In this document: positions 51,277 to 64,000 of the stretch, piece after piece
Layout: every line of letters starts with the position of its first letter
Numbering within the stretch: the first letter of the stretch is position 1
DNA from: Camelus dromedarius
Lineage: Eukaryota
Assembly (NCBI RefSeq): GCF_036321535.1
Contig: NC_087437.1
Location: 24,058,001-24,122,000 of the forward strand
Direction: 5' to 3'
Length of the DNA stretch: 64,000 nt
Made by a program: the position numbers and the translations under genes
Notes under the pieces: model-generated
Told to the model about the DNA's origin: nothing
Seen by the model: only the letters and a program-made list of their open reading frames with translations
Database searches by the model: none

Positions 51277-51870
51277 GATAGTTGTATTGTTTAGCAAATA
51301 GTCACCCTTTCCATGGCAGAATTATATTTCCTAGCTGCTTGACTCTGGGCAGCCTTCAATGAGATATTAGTAAATGGGACAAAAGCAGGGGCTTGAAATG
51401 TGCTTGGAAATTGGACTTGCCCTCTCACCTTCCTATCTTTCTTCATGAGAAAAAAATGACTTGGTTAGCTGTTGGTTTAAAGAGGATTTATTGGAGTAAA
51501 CTGAGATAAAACCAAGCCCAGTCTGGATGAGTCAAACTGCAGCTGATCTGTGGCATCCGCCAAGGCAAGAAACAGCCTCCCTGGGTGTCTGCAGGGAATT
51601 GGGCTGGGAACCCACTGCAGATGCTCACATCAGTGGATGCTCAAATCCCATAGGCTGACCTCTGCATCCCTGGTTCAGCATCTGTGGTTTCAACCAACCA
51701 CGGATTGTGTGGTGCTGTATGTATGTACTGAAAAAAAAATCTGGGTGTAAGTGGTCCCATACAGTTTAAGAGTCAGCTATGCATTCTTTCTATAAAATGC
51801 TACCCCATTCTGGAATGGGTGCATTCTTTAACTCACACAAAATATTTGGTGCAGAAAGCATTAGACTAAG
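51277..51870 (+). mobile_element. MLT1 (G/H-like) LTR interrupted by a Tigger MITE
   Basis: aagcaggggcttgaaatgtgcttg...ttgccctctc...catgagaaaaa...agcccagtctggatgag...gcaagaaa, then the MITE, then tgcattctttc.... Confidence 0.65.
51573..51779 (+). mobile_element. MER8/Tigger2-type TcMar MITE
   Basis: ggatgctcaaatcccatag...ttcaaccaaccacggattgtgt...aaaaaatctgggtgtaagtggtcccatacagttt...gtcagct. Confidence 0.8.
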
Positions 51871-52554
51871 CCTATGCAGAGGAATCCGAAGTAACATCAG
51901 CAAGAACAGTGATGATGGCCTTGATAGCAGCTACAATGAAAGCCCAAGTAAGTGCTTTACTTGCATTGCCTTATTTTATGTACAAGACACTGTTCTCACA
52001 GTTGGAATACTGAAAACTTTAGCTTTACTGATTTGGAAATGTTATGTTTGCATATAACTTGGGCCCTTGCATTTCCCAGTGGAATCAGTTTAGCCAACAT
52101 TTTATTGTGGTTGAACTGCTCCCACTGTAGGCATGGGAGTAAATCCTGTCTTTGCAAGAAAAATTTGGTTTTCTGGATGAAATAGAAACGACAAGAAAGC
52201 AGATCTTGTCACTGATGCTATTATCACTCTACCTTTGTGACTCTCTTATCTTTGTTTATTATTTGGTCGGGCAGTCCTTAACTCTTCAAACAGACAAATG
52301 ACTTTTGAGAATACATTGCTTCATCCTTTCTTCAGCATATAACATGACTTGCTAAAGTATTATAGGAAGATAGAGGTAATTCAGCCTATCCATTAATTCC
52401 TGGGAGGGAGAGACAGGGAGGCAGGGGGAGAGAGAAACAGAGACAGAGAAATCAAAGATTAATTTTACTCAGAGTTAAGGAATCTACAGAAACACAGAAT
52501 TGTTTTTACATTAAAGATATTGAAATTTAATAATATGGGAGAGAGAAGAGGTTT

Positions 52555-53010
52555 GGTCATATCCTAAGCAGAGGAAAGAGAATGTTAAGAGCTGGGCAAG
52601 TCAGGGACCCAGTGGAGAAGAGGGGAAGAGCTGGTAAGAAAATAAAGAGATCAGAGCATATGTGGACCAAGCCACACATGGTGAGGCATGGAGGAGAGGG
52701 ATACTGGTAGTGAAAGTTTAAAGTGGAAATGCAGATTAGGGACTTCGAAATTAGACACTTATTTTTCAGTTAATGTGTGGTTTTTTAAGATTGGGAAGTT
52801 AAATTTGATATTATCTCTTTTTAGAAACAAACTTTGATATTGATGTGGAAAGGAGATGGTGGTGGAAAGAACCTAGAGACAGACCAATTTGGAGAAGAAG
52901 AGATTATTATAATACTTCCAGGATCCTGGTAGAGGCTGTGAGGGTGAAGAAGAGGGGTGTATGTGAGACATCTGAGAAGGCAGTGGAAATTCCAGGACTT
53001 AGTAACAACC
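52555..53010 (-). mobile_element. L2 fragment
   Basis: cctaagcagaggaaag...agagacagaccaatttggag...atgtgagacat...caggacttagtaac are antisense L2 motifs. Confidence 0.6.
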
Positions 53011-56000
53011 CAGTGTAGTCTGCTTGCTTTCTGTGGTCCCCACTCCAGTATTACTATCCAAGCCCAGAGTCCTGTGGTGTCTTTTGCAATCCTCTACCAT
53101 ATGAGATGAAAAGGAAAAATGTGTTAGCCAAACCTGAGCAGGATTAAAGTTAATTTTTTATTTAATGATCACTACAGTCCTGGATCCACTAGACCTCAAC
53201 TCACAAACTATTTTTAAGAATGTTAGCCCTTTAGTTATTGATGAGCCAAGAGATGCCAGTTACACATGAATTTGATCCACTCATTGGCGGGAGCTCAGAA
53301 GGAGGTCTTAACTGTGTTAGCCGATTCATTATTGAATATATTTGAAAGAAAACCTAAACTGCATCTTTTAAAAATGTAGAATCGACTTAATGCAGATGGC
53401 TTTCTATTTTCATTCAGACTTTCTTAAGCTAATTTTTCAATATTAGAGATAGTTTAATGTACAAAGTGATCTTATCATTCACCAATGAATAGGCAGGGAA
53501 GAGATATCTCAGAAGGAAAAGGACCAAGTACAGTACTGAGAGCGTTTTCTTCTCGCATTGTTAATCATATGCAAATATGTATTAGAACCGTTGATACGTT
53601 CATCTTCATAATGTCTTTCCAGCTTGTTAAAGTGAAGTTTAAGAAGCTCCTGGAGGAGTAATAGGCTGCATATAATGGACCAGGGAGTGAAAAGTTTGGT
53701 TCTATCTGCTTAATTAGTTTCTAATTTCTCTGTAATCTCATCATGAGTCTCTAACAGAAAGTAATACTGACCATACATATGGTACAAGTGGGTGCTGGCA
53801 TGTTAGATCATTCTCACGGGGCTCCCTAAATTATTTACTAAGCCTAATGTATTACTGCTTCAAATTAAACTTCGCCTCCAGTGTAATTTCAAATTCAATG
53901 AGTAAATAGCACCACGTGAACATCATAGGCTTCTTGCTGGATTTAAGTGAAATAAGGTGCCCAGCGTAACGTCTGCCCTGCTCCACTTAAATAATAAGGG
54001 TTCACATCATATTCTATAACAGGGAAAGAGAAAAGGTAGACAAAACACAAAGCGAGGAAACAGCCCTGACAGCACCACAACCCGGAACCCTTCTGCCTAG
54101 TTCCAGTCCCCAAATTACACCAAATTTTGAGCATTCTTGTAAGTGACTGACTCCCTAGCAGAACTAATATCATTGTGATCTTTGTAATGCGATGCTGCAT
54201 ATACGTGACAGTTTTTGTTAATATGATAATCATATAAGAAAGTTACTGATTTTCCACCGTGAACACTCATTATGAGTTTGATACATGCCTAGCTGATTCT
54301 CTGTTTTTTAAAATTTAACTAGTTTCACTAAGATCTGTACTCAGATGAAAACTTTTCTACAAGCGAACTTCCTTTTTTCCCTAAATACTTTTGCCTCTGA
54401 GTCGGCCTTTGACATCTGATTTCTAGTGAGTACTCGATCAATTGTTGTTAGTACTGTTGTTCTTATTACAGCAGACCTTTCCATAGTGTATAGACAGGTA
54501 TAGACCCACTCTCTGTGATAAACTTTTACACTGCAAATATCCGGTGGCCTTTGCAAAACTACTGAATAGACAATATGCTTTAATTACCCTTGTTATATGA
54601 AGCAGTTGTTTCCCAGTGTTCAGCTGGTCATGATGTTCTTACGGGAATACAATGGTCATATAAAACGATGCTCAGCTGAAAATTTAAGGAAACATTCCTG
54701 AGAAGTTTGTTATATCTGGCTGTCATTTAAAGCATCTTTACTCCACCAAGCACTGTGTATAAATGAAATGGACAACACATGTCCACCAGCCTTAATGGGC
54801 TGACCCGACAGCAGACTGTGTAGGTCACTCCCAACAGGAAGGGCCTACAGTCTGGACACAGTGTCTACTCCAGATATACTGACACTTAAACATTCTGATG
54901 ATTCTGGACGCACTTAAGAGGCAGATGTCCCAGACTGACCACTCCAGATAAAACACAATCACTCACTCATAAGTGACTCTAGAAACTGATAAATCTGAAA
55001 AATGAACGGACCTAGACATAAAAACGATCTCCCCAGCAGCCCGGGAGAACCTGGCCTGCCCTACACTCCTGCAGGGATGGAGGTGACCAAGTTGAAATAG
55101 TAAATAATCTCTAGTGGGCCATCTTCTGTCTTCTGTATTTGTATATATGCTTATGTATTCTTTCTCCAGGGTTGAGTTGGGCATGTTTTCACATAACCTT
55201 ACACTGTGCATAAGAAATGCTTTTGCTCCTAAGTCTCTCACAAAGACAAATTTGGGCAGAATCCACACTTTCTGTAACTTATATTTAGTAGCAAAAATAT
55301 ATATGCTACTCTCTTAATAATTTTGTCATTGAACTAATGATTGTATGAGGTGAATGAGACTGAGTTTGCAATGAATTATTGGAATAAATAGCACTCATTA
55401 ACATTTTAGTAATAACGATTTGTGAGAATGATGTGTATCACACTACATATTGTTAGTTTACTAAATACTACAGTTAGTGTTACTCATTATTCTGTTCCAG
55501 AAGAGTTTATTGAACATATGCTGCACATTTGGAATATGGAGATCAACATGTTGATGCAAAATATATGAAAATGAGAATCTCTGACATCAACTATGTAATC
55601 CATTTTGAAAAACAAGCCACATCAAAGTATGAAATATGGGCATCATATCAAAGCAAACTTTTCATGGTTCTTTAAAGTCTAAATTAGCCATATGTTTTTC
55701 ACCTATCTTTCATAATTTTCTACGTTACTTTACAACAGAGTATATTCTTTCACAACCTAGTCAATATTTTATATTCCTCTATATGATTTTATTAATGCCA
55801 GAGGAAGGAAGGTTATATAAGGGAAAGATGAGAGGATCACAGATGAAGTGGGACATAAGCAGAATCCTAAAAAGGGAACAATCAACTGCAAAAAGGTCTT
55901 GACTCTTGGGCAAAGGAGCTTGAAACTGTTTTGATGGACACCTCGTTGCCCTTGCGTTTTTCTATTTCAGTGTTGCTTTTTTGGCGTGAAAGTTGTGTCT

Positions 56001-59000
56001 CTGTTTTCAGGCCTCTGGACCTTGATTTTCTTGTTTGGTTCAGGAGCCATTCTGAAATTAAAAAGGGGGTTCAATCTAGTCATCCAACTGCTGGTAGATG
56101 GACTATGAACAAGAAAACAGCAAGGGCTGTTTCTTATTGTCCACTTTCATGAAGTGAAGTGAAACACTTCATTTTAAGAAATTCTCTTCTTAGGCCAAAA
56201 TTAAGCTTTAAGGTTTAGAAGTAAGTAGAAAATCAAGCCTAACCTCCCTTCTTGCTACAAACAAAAGAATACAAACCTCATAGCCAGGACAGCAGGAACC
56301 TGGCTTTGTGAAATTGCAATCAAAGCTGCTCTGTTGATCAGCCAGCAATGGCTCTCAAGTGGTAATCTGGGAGCATGCCACCACCATGATGCTTTCAATC
56401 CTAGTTAGCAAATACCCCCTTCTAAGATGAAATCTGTCTCCTATGAGTAACCATCAGGGCCATAAGGTCAATAAACTCAAATGAGAACATGTTTTTTTCC
56501 CCAAAAAAACATTATAAATTAAGCATATTTTAGAAACAAATACTGTTGAACTTTACTCATTTTTTCAAACCAAATTCAAGAAGTTACAGGTTCATGACCA
56601 TTGTGTTCTGGGATATATATGCCAATATAAAATGTATCATGGCATGCTGTTCATCTCTGCAAAGGCAAAATGCATATGCAATGACAGAATCACACAATTA
56701 AACCTTCAGACATATACAGAGATACAGAAAGACATACAACTAAACCTTCTGGCAAGAAAATTTTAAGATGACAAAAAAAAAATAACAGAAAATCACGGAC
56801 TGTAGCAATATCATAAGGTTTATATTTATTTTTTTCTTTTATCCTTGTAAAAAATCAATATTACTTTTTGAGTATCTGAGAATATGATACTAATACCCTT
56901 AATTCATGGCACTTCCAATTTTCTTCTGAGGTTTTTATGGAACTTAGTTTAGTTGAGCAAACTTTAAGTGAAAATTTATTTAGCAAATACTACTTACAAA
57001 TTTTAGAGAATTTTCATTATACTCTGTTTACTTTGGTCAGATTAAAAATTAATGGAAATTCTGAGTAATGACTTAATTCCTGCAAAGGAGGCAAACATCT
57101 AAGGACACATCAAATCTAACACATCTGTCTCTTCCCTCTCAAAGAATAAAATTAGAACCTGACAATGAAAGAATTTTAAATATACTCTTCAGTAGTGTGT
57201 AAAAATTTAAAGAAAATAACTAGACTTCTAGATTTGAGAAAAGTTATTAGTTTTATAATCTATATTATATATAAGAGGCTCAGCGAAAAAGTGGTCTTGG
57301 TTTTTACCTTTCCTTTTATGTGATGGAGTTTAAAAAGATGAAAGGCAAGCTTTTGTGTTTACATCTGGAGTATAAAAGCGGCTCAGTATGAGAAAAGGAC
57401 ATTCCATGAAATACTATGTCAGAAACATTCTCAGTCAGAATTCCAGAAGTAGCAAGATGTTAAATAGATAATTAAAATGTCTTCAAGGTTTAAACCGTAG
57501 GGTCTTAGGGTTTTAATCATGTAGTGTATATTCATCAGAAGTTTTTGCTTTTATCTTGATCAGATTTTGATGCTGTCTTTGGAGGAAGAAAGACCAAGGC
57601 CTGTGCTTCTGAAATTCTTTGGTTTGATAGGATCTGATATTAGCATGCTTAACTCAAAATAGCTATCATTTTATGAGATACCTGGCAGAAGCCTTCAGCA
57701 ATGCTGTCTCGCAGAAACATAATGGGCTTTTCCATTTCTGATGAAATTGGAAAGCTGTGGGAACTTCTGTGTCATGGCATAGGAACTGTGTTACCCATGG
57801 TGTAAGATTTTTATTTTCAAGGAAGGGAGCAAACAGAATATTGTAACTAATCACAGCCTTAGTATAAACAGGTTTTGGTCTAAATGTTTTTAAATGTAAT
57901 GCAAGTATGAGAGGTTTGCAGCAGGTTTGGCAGCAAGGTACTTGTTGGATGAAGAAGTAAACATCTGAATATATCTCGGAACATTTATATCATCCAAGAT
58001 GTACAGCTTAGAAGTTTACCCATTCCTGTCTCTTGGCATGTATGCATTATTTTATTTTCCTACTTCACTCTCTACATCTGAAAAAGGCACCATAAATGTG
58101 TTTGACAATTATGGGCATAAAAATTAGTACACAAGAAAATGTTTATGTATTGGCATACTATTTCACATTAAAATATGTTTCCTAAAGTTAGAGAACTAAT
58201 ACAGTAGTCAGTACCACTGATAGTTAAAGAGATCACGAGTTCATAAAATAGTTTTCTATACCAATTCTCATACCAATCCCTTTATCACATTAAACAAAAA
58301 TATAGGTGTGAGTTAATTCTTGAATCTCTTATTATCTTAGGTTAAAACCAAAGCAGATATTTTCCCAAGTGATAGTGAATGAATACATTGTAAATAATAT
58401 TTAAATAGTCCTTTGTATTCTTGCTAATGAAAAGGAAATTCAAATCATTATAGAACAACATGTTTCGAGTAATCTAAACATTTCAGAACTCTCCGTATTT
58501 TTTTTTTTTTTTACAGAGTAAGGAGGTTAACTTGTCTCACTTTCTTGCATTGGATGAGAAAATGATAGGAATAGATATAGAAATCATATCATTGGAAATG
58601 TTCTGATTCACGAATGAGTTTTAAGTAGGAAAACTGCAGATGGCTGTTTATACTTCGGTGTAATTGCTTGAACACACATGCAGGTGGAGAAAATTGCTAA
58701 CTTGTGCTTATTAGACAGGGTGATTGGTGGCAAAGCAAGATACCCTCCAGTTATAAAGAGAATTTGTGGAGTATATGAATTAAATGAAACTATAATTCAT
58801 GCCTTTAGAACATCATTCACAAATTTCAAAAATTTAATAAATGATAGGTCAAATATAAAAATTTCTGAAGGTAACATTTTATAGTATAGAAATTTATTTG
58901 TATATATGTATATATAGTATATGAATTATGCATACAAAATATAGTACAGGTAAAGGGAACTTCTGATGAGAATTAGTTTAAATTTATTCAGACTTAAAAA

Positions 59001-62000
59001 TGCCTGAGTACACTAAGCAGCTGGTTTTTCTATTGACTATATTATCTTTAAGGTTTAGTTTCAAATCTTGTAAAGAACATAGCTGAGGTAGAGTGAACTT
59101 TAGATTTCCTTTATGGACCTCATTAAAACTGAGATTTTCAGCTGCCACACCAAAAACATCAGGTTAGAAAGGAGAATTTACATGGTGGTATAAATACTAA
59201 ATTTGTAAAACAAAAATCAAATGTACTACAGAGAAATGGAAAATTTGAAAAATAATTTTTTTTCAGTATTCACTAGCTTGATATTTCTAGGATTAAATGT
59301 CCAATTTAATTTTGATATCTTTCAAAGTCATCATATTTTCTTTAGATTTGTGATTTTGTGATATATGTACAAATAGATGTTATAATGTTATGGTTCCCAG
59401 CACACACAAAGGCACCCTTTCTTTATTCTGTAAACACTGAGTCTTCAGATTTCAGCTGATATCAGATAATGCTCGTCAGTTTATCTATTTCCATCCCAAA
59501 TTCCCGAAATTGTTTTAGGCTCCTTACAGAATCTTTCTCAGTGTGAAGTCTGCCTGGATTTTTCTAAAAAATGTTTTGGACTTAATTTGGAAATCTTTTA
59601 GAGAAACAATAACATTATGAAGTTTTAACTGAAAGACAAGTTGGAATTAAATGTTCTAAAGCAAAATCAGTTAAAATAAATATGTTACTGTGTTTCAGTT
59701 CCATTAAATTATTAGTCTCAGATGTTCAAGAATACCAAAACATATTTAAAGCCTGGGGCTGTTTTTATACACATACACAAGCTTAAAACATTCAGTTGAA
59801 TAAAAATATTGACAAGACCTTTTAAATTATAGGCCAGACATTTATCTGAATTTGCCTTATATTCAAAACAATTACTGAACTAAACTTTTTATATTTAGCA
59901 AAGAATTATTCATAAATAAATAAATTATTAAATATATTTTTATAAAGTCTTATTCAAATATCACTTTGTAATAGCAATTTACCTATTAATATCAGACACA
60001 TTATATTTTAGTTAATGGTAATGAAAAATAAAATTGGTTTATTACCCATCAACTCTTCTACCTCAAATTGGGAATTTTAAATAACTAAGCTTGAATGTTT
60101 TAAAGCACAAGCTCATTCATATCAATCAGGCATAATTTTTATTTTGCCTTTTTAAGAAATGATCTAAATACTCAATCATTTAGGAATGGAGATTATAATT
60201 AAAACAGTATGCAATTTAATGTTAATCAGAAATTGTATGATGTACAGTAGCAGCTAAAAAGATTCAAATGACTTCCAAATAACAGAAGTAAAGCTGAGAA
60301 TAGTCTTTTAATAAAGGCCATTTTGCCTGGTAGGAAAAGATTGTTAAATGTAAAAAGAAACCTTTTAAACTAATATGATGAGGTGCATGTAAAAATTAAT
60401 ATTATGCTGTAATGTTCTCTCTAGTGAGTAGCCTAGATTGATTTATTCATTTAGGTAATTATGTTCAGCAATATTAGTAATTCACTGTTAAATTGAATTT
60501 GGAGAACGCACAATAAATTGAAACCGTAGTCATATTTCTTTCTCACTGTGTAACAAACCGAGATATATTGATGTAAGTTCTGAGTGTACTACATAAGTTA
60601 AATTCCCTAGACTGCAATTTGATCAAAAAGCTTTCGACATTTACTTGAGCTATATTAGGCGGCTGCCATTGGATGGCAGTAAAATTCTACATCAATCACT
60701 TTAAGCAAAGTGAAGCTGGGAAAATAATGAGACTTTTCTTTTATTATTTAACAGCAGAATGCTGATTTAAAAGGCAAAGCTCAGGGGGTTGTGTATATTG
60801 TAGCAATACCAACTAATTTTTTTTAACTGTTTTCTTTTCTTCTGCAATCCATTTAAAGGGAGATGCAATTTTGGAAGAATCATTTACAGTATATTAGCAC
60901 TCCAAGAGATTGCATCATTTCTTTTATGTAATAAAGAAATTCATTTCATATTTTAAAAAGAAGTCAGTAAAAGGAAATTAACAAATATATGTGATTTGAA
61001 CCTTTTGCACGTTATCATTTTTTTTCCTAATTATAAAGCACAGTTGCATTTCAGTCCCTGAAAGACTGACTTATTTAAAAAGCTGTAAACATCATCATGC
61101 TTGAAATTTATTTTTTTAAAGTTTTACACCCAGAACAAAATTTCGAACCACATAACAAACACCGCTAAAGGTGACATTACAGAAGCGATTTTTCCTTCCA
61201 AGGAGACTTTAAATTCTGTGCTTGCATACCACTGAAATTTGCCAATATTTTACCCTTGAGATTTTAAAAACAATGTTGAATATTTCTGACTTTGTGTTAA
61301 TTTATAGTTACCTAAGAACGATTCCCAGAGAGGGCAAGTCTAAAAAGAAAACCTTTGTCGTCTATAAACTTGTTGTGAGTAGCACATGAAATTAGCAAGG
61401 ATAAATAGTGCAGAGAGCAAATAAAATGAGTCATGTCCTAGAAGCTCCCTCACATAAAGAAACGTGTGTTCTTCTGTCCTTTCCTCTTCATTTAGATTTG
61501 TATTTGGTTAGAAGTTGGTAAGTTCAATTATGATTTATTTGGCCATAAAATGAACCAATTGTTTTCAGAAAATATTCAGGGTGGTCTGACACAATCAGGA
61601 GGCTATTAATCAGGATTTCCTGGAACAAACCACAGACTTCCCTGCTATTTATCCTCTCCCTCGCTTTATGTTTAAAGTCTATTAAAAGTTTATAGTCTTC
61701 CAAAGATCATATTAAGCATTAAAATTCAGGCATCTCATTCTTGCCGCAAAGATTGTTAGAAGAAAAGAAAATAAATGGGTTATCATGAATCCATTCTCAT
61801 CATGAGGAGTGTAAAAAGCATGCACAGTGGAACAATATTCATTTATTTTTACGACAATGCTTGAGAAGAGAAAAAAGGAAGTGAAATAAACCTTGGGATG
61901 TATAGTATTATTACTTCCATGCACAGGGAGTTAGGAAGGCTGGAATGAAATACCTCAGCAGGCAGAAAAGCGTTTATTTAACTTAGTGCGTGAGTGTGTT

Positions 62001-62769
62001 GCAGGGTGTGATTCTTGCAGGTCTTGGTTTATTGAGTTAATGAGTTTATTTCTGATGCAAGGAAACGGAATTAACATTTATTTAAATTGGCAATATTTTA
62101 AAGTTTATTTCTATAGAATGTCAGAATAAAAACGACATGTACATGTTTTTTTACATTTGCTGTTCTCAGACAAGACATGGTTGAAAACATTTATAAAAAT
62201 GAATCTCAAATATTTATAGATATGGAGTTTAGAAAAAATCAATTTAAAAAATTTAGATATTTTGCACTTATATACAGGGTTAAAAACAAAAGGATTTTGT
62301 TCAGTCCAGTACAAAATTTGTTGGTCCTTGAATTTTAATCTCTATTTTGTTATTTATACCTATATATTCAAAGAATAAGCAAATCTTACCCTGAAATATA
62401 AGAAAGCATTTGCAAGTATATAAGCTGGATTTCTTTATATTGAGATACTGTGTGTCCAGCGTTTGATTATTTACATTGATTTATAAAGATGGTGATATGG
62501 TAAAATTTATTCCCAGAAAGCAGCACATGTTGCAAATTCTTTCTTAAATTTAAAACTATTTAAAACTGTTTATGGGTTAATATATGCCATAGGAAAATTG
62601 CTGCAGAACTTTGAAGAAATTATGTGGCTTTATCCTGTGGAAGTTTATAGAGACAACTTTTTGTAATAAATGTTCCTCAGAAACTATGAAATCTATTTGA
62701 GAATTCCCAGTATGTTTTACGCTTTTCTGATGCATATTCATCAAATCAGTGTTATTAAGCTTGTACTTA

Positions 62770-63150
62770 AGCATAATGTTAAGTGTGTGCACTCTTGAAC
62801 TGAACTCCTTGGGCTTGAATATTGGTCCTGACACTAGCTGTGTGACTTTGGAGAGTTTGCTTAATCTCTCTGTGCCTTCATTTTCTTTCTGTCTTTTTGT
62901 TTTGTTTTGGCTTGTTTTGGTGGGGAGGTAATTAGGTTCATTTATTTATCTCTTTATTTTAATGGTAGTGCTTGGGATCAAACCCAGGACCTCATGCATG
63001 CTAAGCATGTGCTCTACCACTGAGTACCCTCCCCCCTTCATTTTCTTTCTCTTTAAAATGTATGGAATAATATTGCCCATCTCACAGGTTTGTTACAATG
63101 AGTAGAAGAAGAAAAATATATAGTTATTACTTAGAAGCGTGATGGCACAA
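62770..63150 (+). mobile_element. MIR SINE split by a camelid SINE
   Basis: actagctgtgtgactttggagagtttgcttaatctctctgtgccttcattttc [SINE] ...taaaatg...ataatattgcccatctcacaggtttgtt. Confidence 0.85.
62891..63034 (-). mobile_element. tRNA-derived camelid SINE (vic-1 type)
   Basis: ggggaggtaattagg...gggatcaaacccaggacctcatgcatgctaagcatgtgctctaccactgag is homologous to 16913-17037. Perfect 16-bp TSD CCTTCATTTTCTTTCT at 62875-62890 and 63035-63050. Confidence 0.93.
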
Positions 63151-63164
63151 ACATTGCAGTGATT

Positions 63165-63605
63165 GCTATTATGCCAGGAAAACAAAGACAAAAGAGCCAG
63201 GATCCCTGTTCTCAAGGAGCATGTTACTTAAGTCAGAAGATAGTTGGGTGTTTTTGAGGTATGGGCACAAACTAGGCATCGGAGATACAAAGATGTATGC
63301 TTCAAGGTGCTCCCAGGCACAGGTGGGAGACTCATAATGCAGTGCAGTAAATGAAGTGATAAATGTGTGTTCTGGCAAGAATACAGCGCAGCTAACTTCC
63401 CCACAGCTGGGGGAGGTGGGACTATAGGGGATCAATTCCAGGAGGAGGCATATCTTTAACTGGGTCTTGAAGAAGAGTATGAGTCAGTCAGCAGAGGAGT
63501 ATGAGAACTCTAAGCAGACGGGCCACTCTATGCAAAAGCATCAAACACACGGAAGTGTTAGCTGCTTGAGGAACTCTAAGTAATTCATCCGTGAAATAGA
63601 AGATG
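63165..63605 (-). mobile_element. L2 fragment
   Basis: tatgccagg...atccctgttctcaaggagc...ttccaggaggagg...tgggtcttgaaga...tgcaaaagca. Confidence 0.7.
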
Positions 63606-63684
63606 CATACAAAAATTTTAAAATGATCTTTTTCCTCAAAGAGATATAAATTCAACAATAAAGGGTGAAATAAGGATACTTTTC

Positions 63685-63702
63685 ATATATATATATATAT
63701 AT
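63685..63702. repeat. (AT)n microsatellite
   Basis: Read directly. Confidence 0.9.
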
Positions 63703-64000
63703 GACCTTACACTGTAGTAGAATTTCAGTCTTGTCATTTCATTTGACATGCACATTATCATTTATTATTTGATGTAAGGGAAATAGGGCTGGACATCTAT
63801 CATAGATTACAGCTATATTTTACAAATGCAAATGATACTGGAGAAATTGGAAGTACAAGCAATAAAATGTCAAATGACATCTAATTCCTTCAACTGTAAA
63901 AATGATTGTATCTGGATTAAAAATCAGCATCTGAGGCAAATAGTATTTTAAGAATACTACCCTTAGATCATTATATTATCAATATGGATGTATCATTTAA

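Overview
AT-rich mammalian non-coding DNA (intronic or intergenic), most likely from a camelid (alpaca/llama/camel). The species call rests on two tRNA-derived vic-1-type SINEs and several lineage-type L1 3' ends. No intact protein-coding gene, RNA gene, CpG island or prokaryotic-type system is visible. The only ORF-track peptides I recognise are decayed L1 ORF2 fragments; the rest look like chance ORFs. The window is a layered transposon fossil record: L1s of several ages, L2, MIR, MaLR/ERVL LTRs and hAT/Tigger MITEs. Several insertions are mechanistically readable: a twin-primed inverted L1, nested insertions with target-site duplications (TSDs), a perfect 27-bp fold-back duplication and a deletion with a templated insertion. 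The best candidates for function are a CpG-retaining MER121-like ancient element at ~19.0-19.3 kb with CTCF-like motifs, and a set of well-formed minus-strand splice-site pairs (46305-46440, 45711-45823, 26495-26565) that may mark an unannotated, probably non-coding transcript. Repeat family names come from my recollection of consensus sequences, not from a search, and boundaries of old repeats are approximate. I found no convincing evidence of a new biological system.
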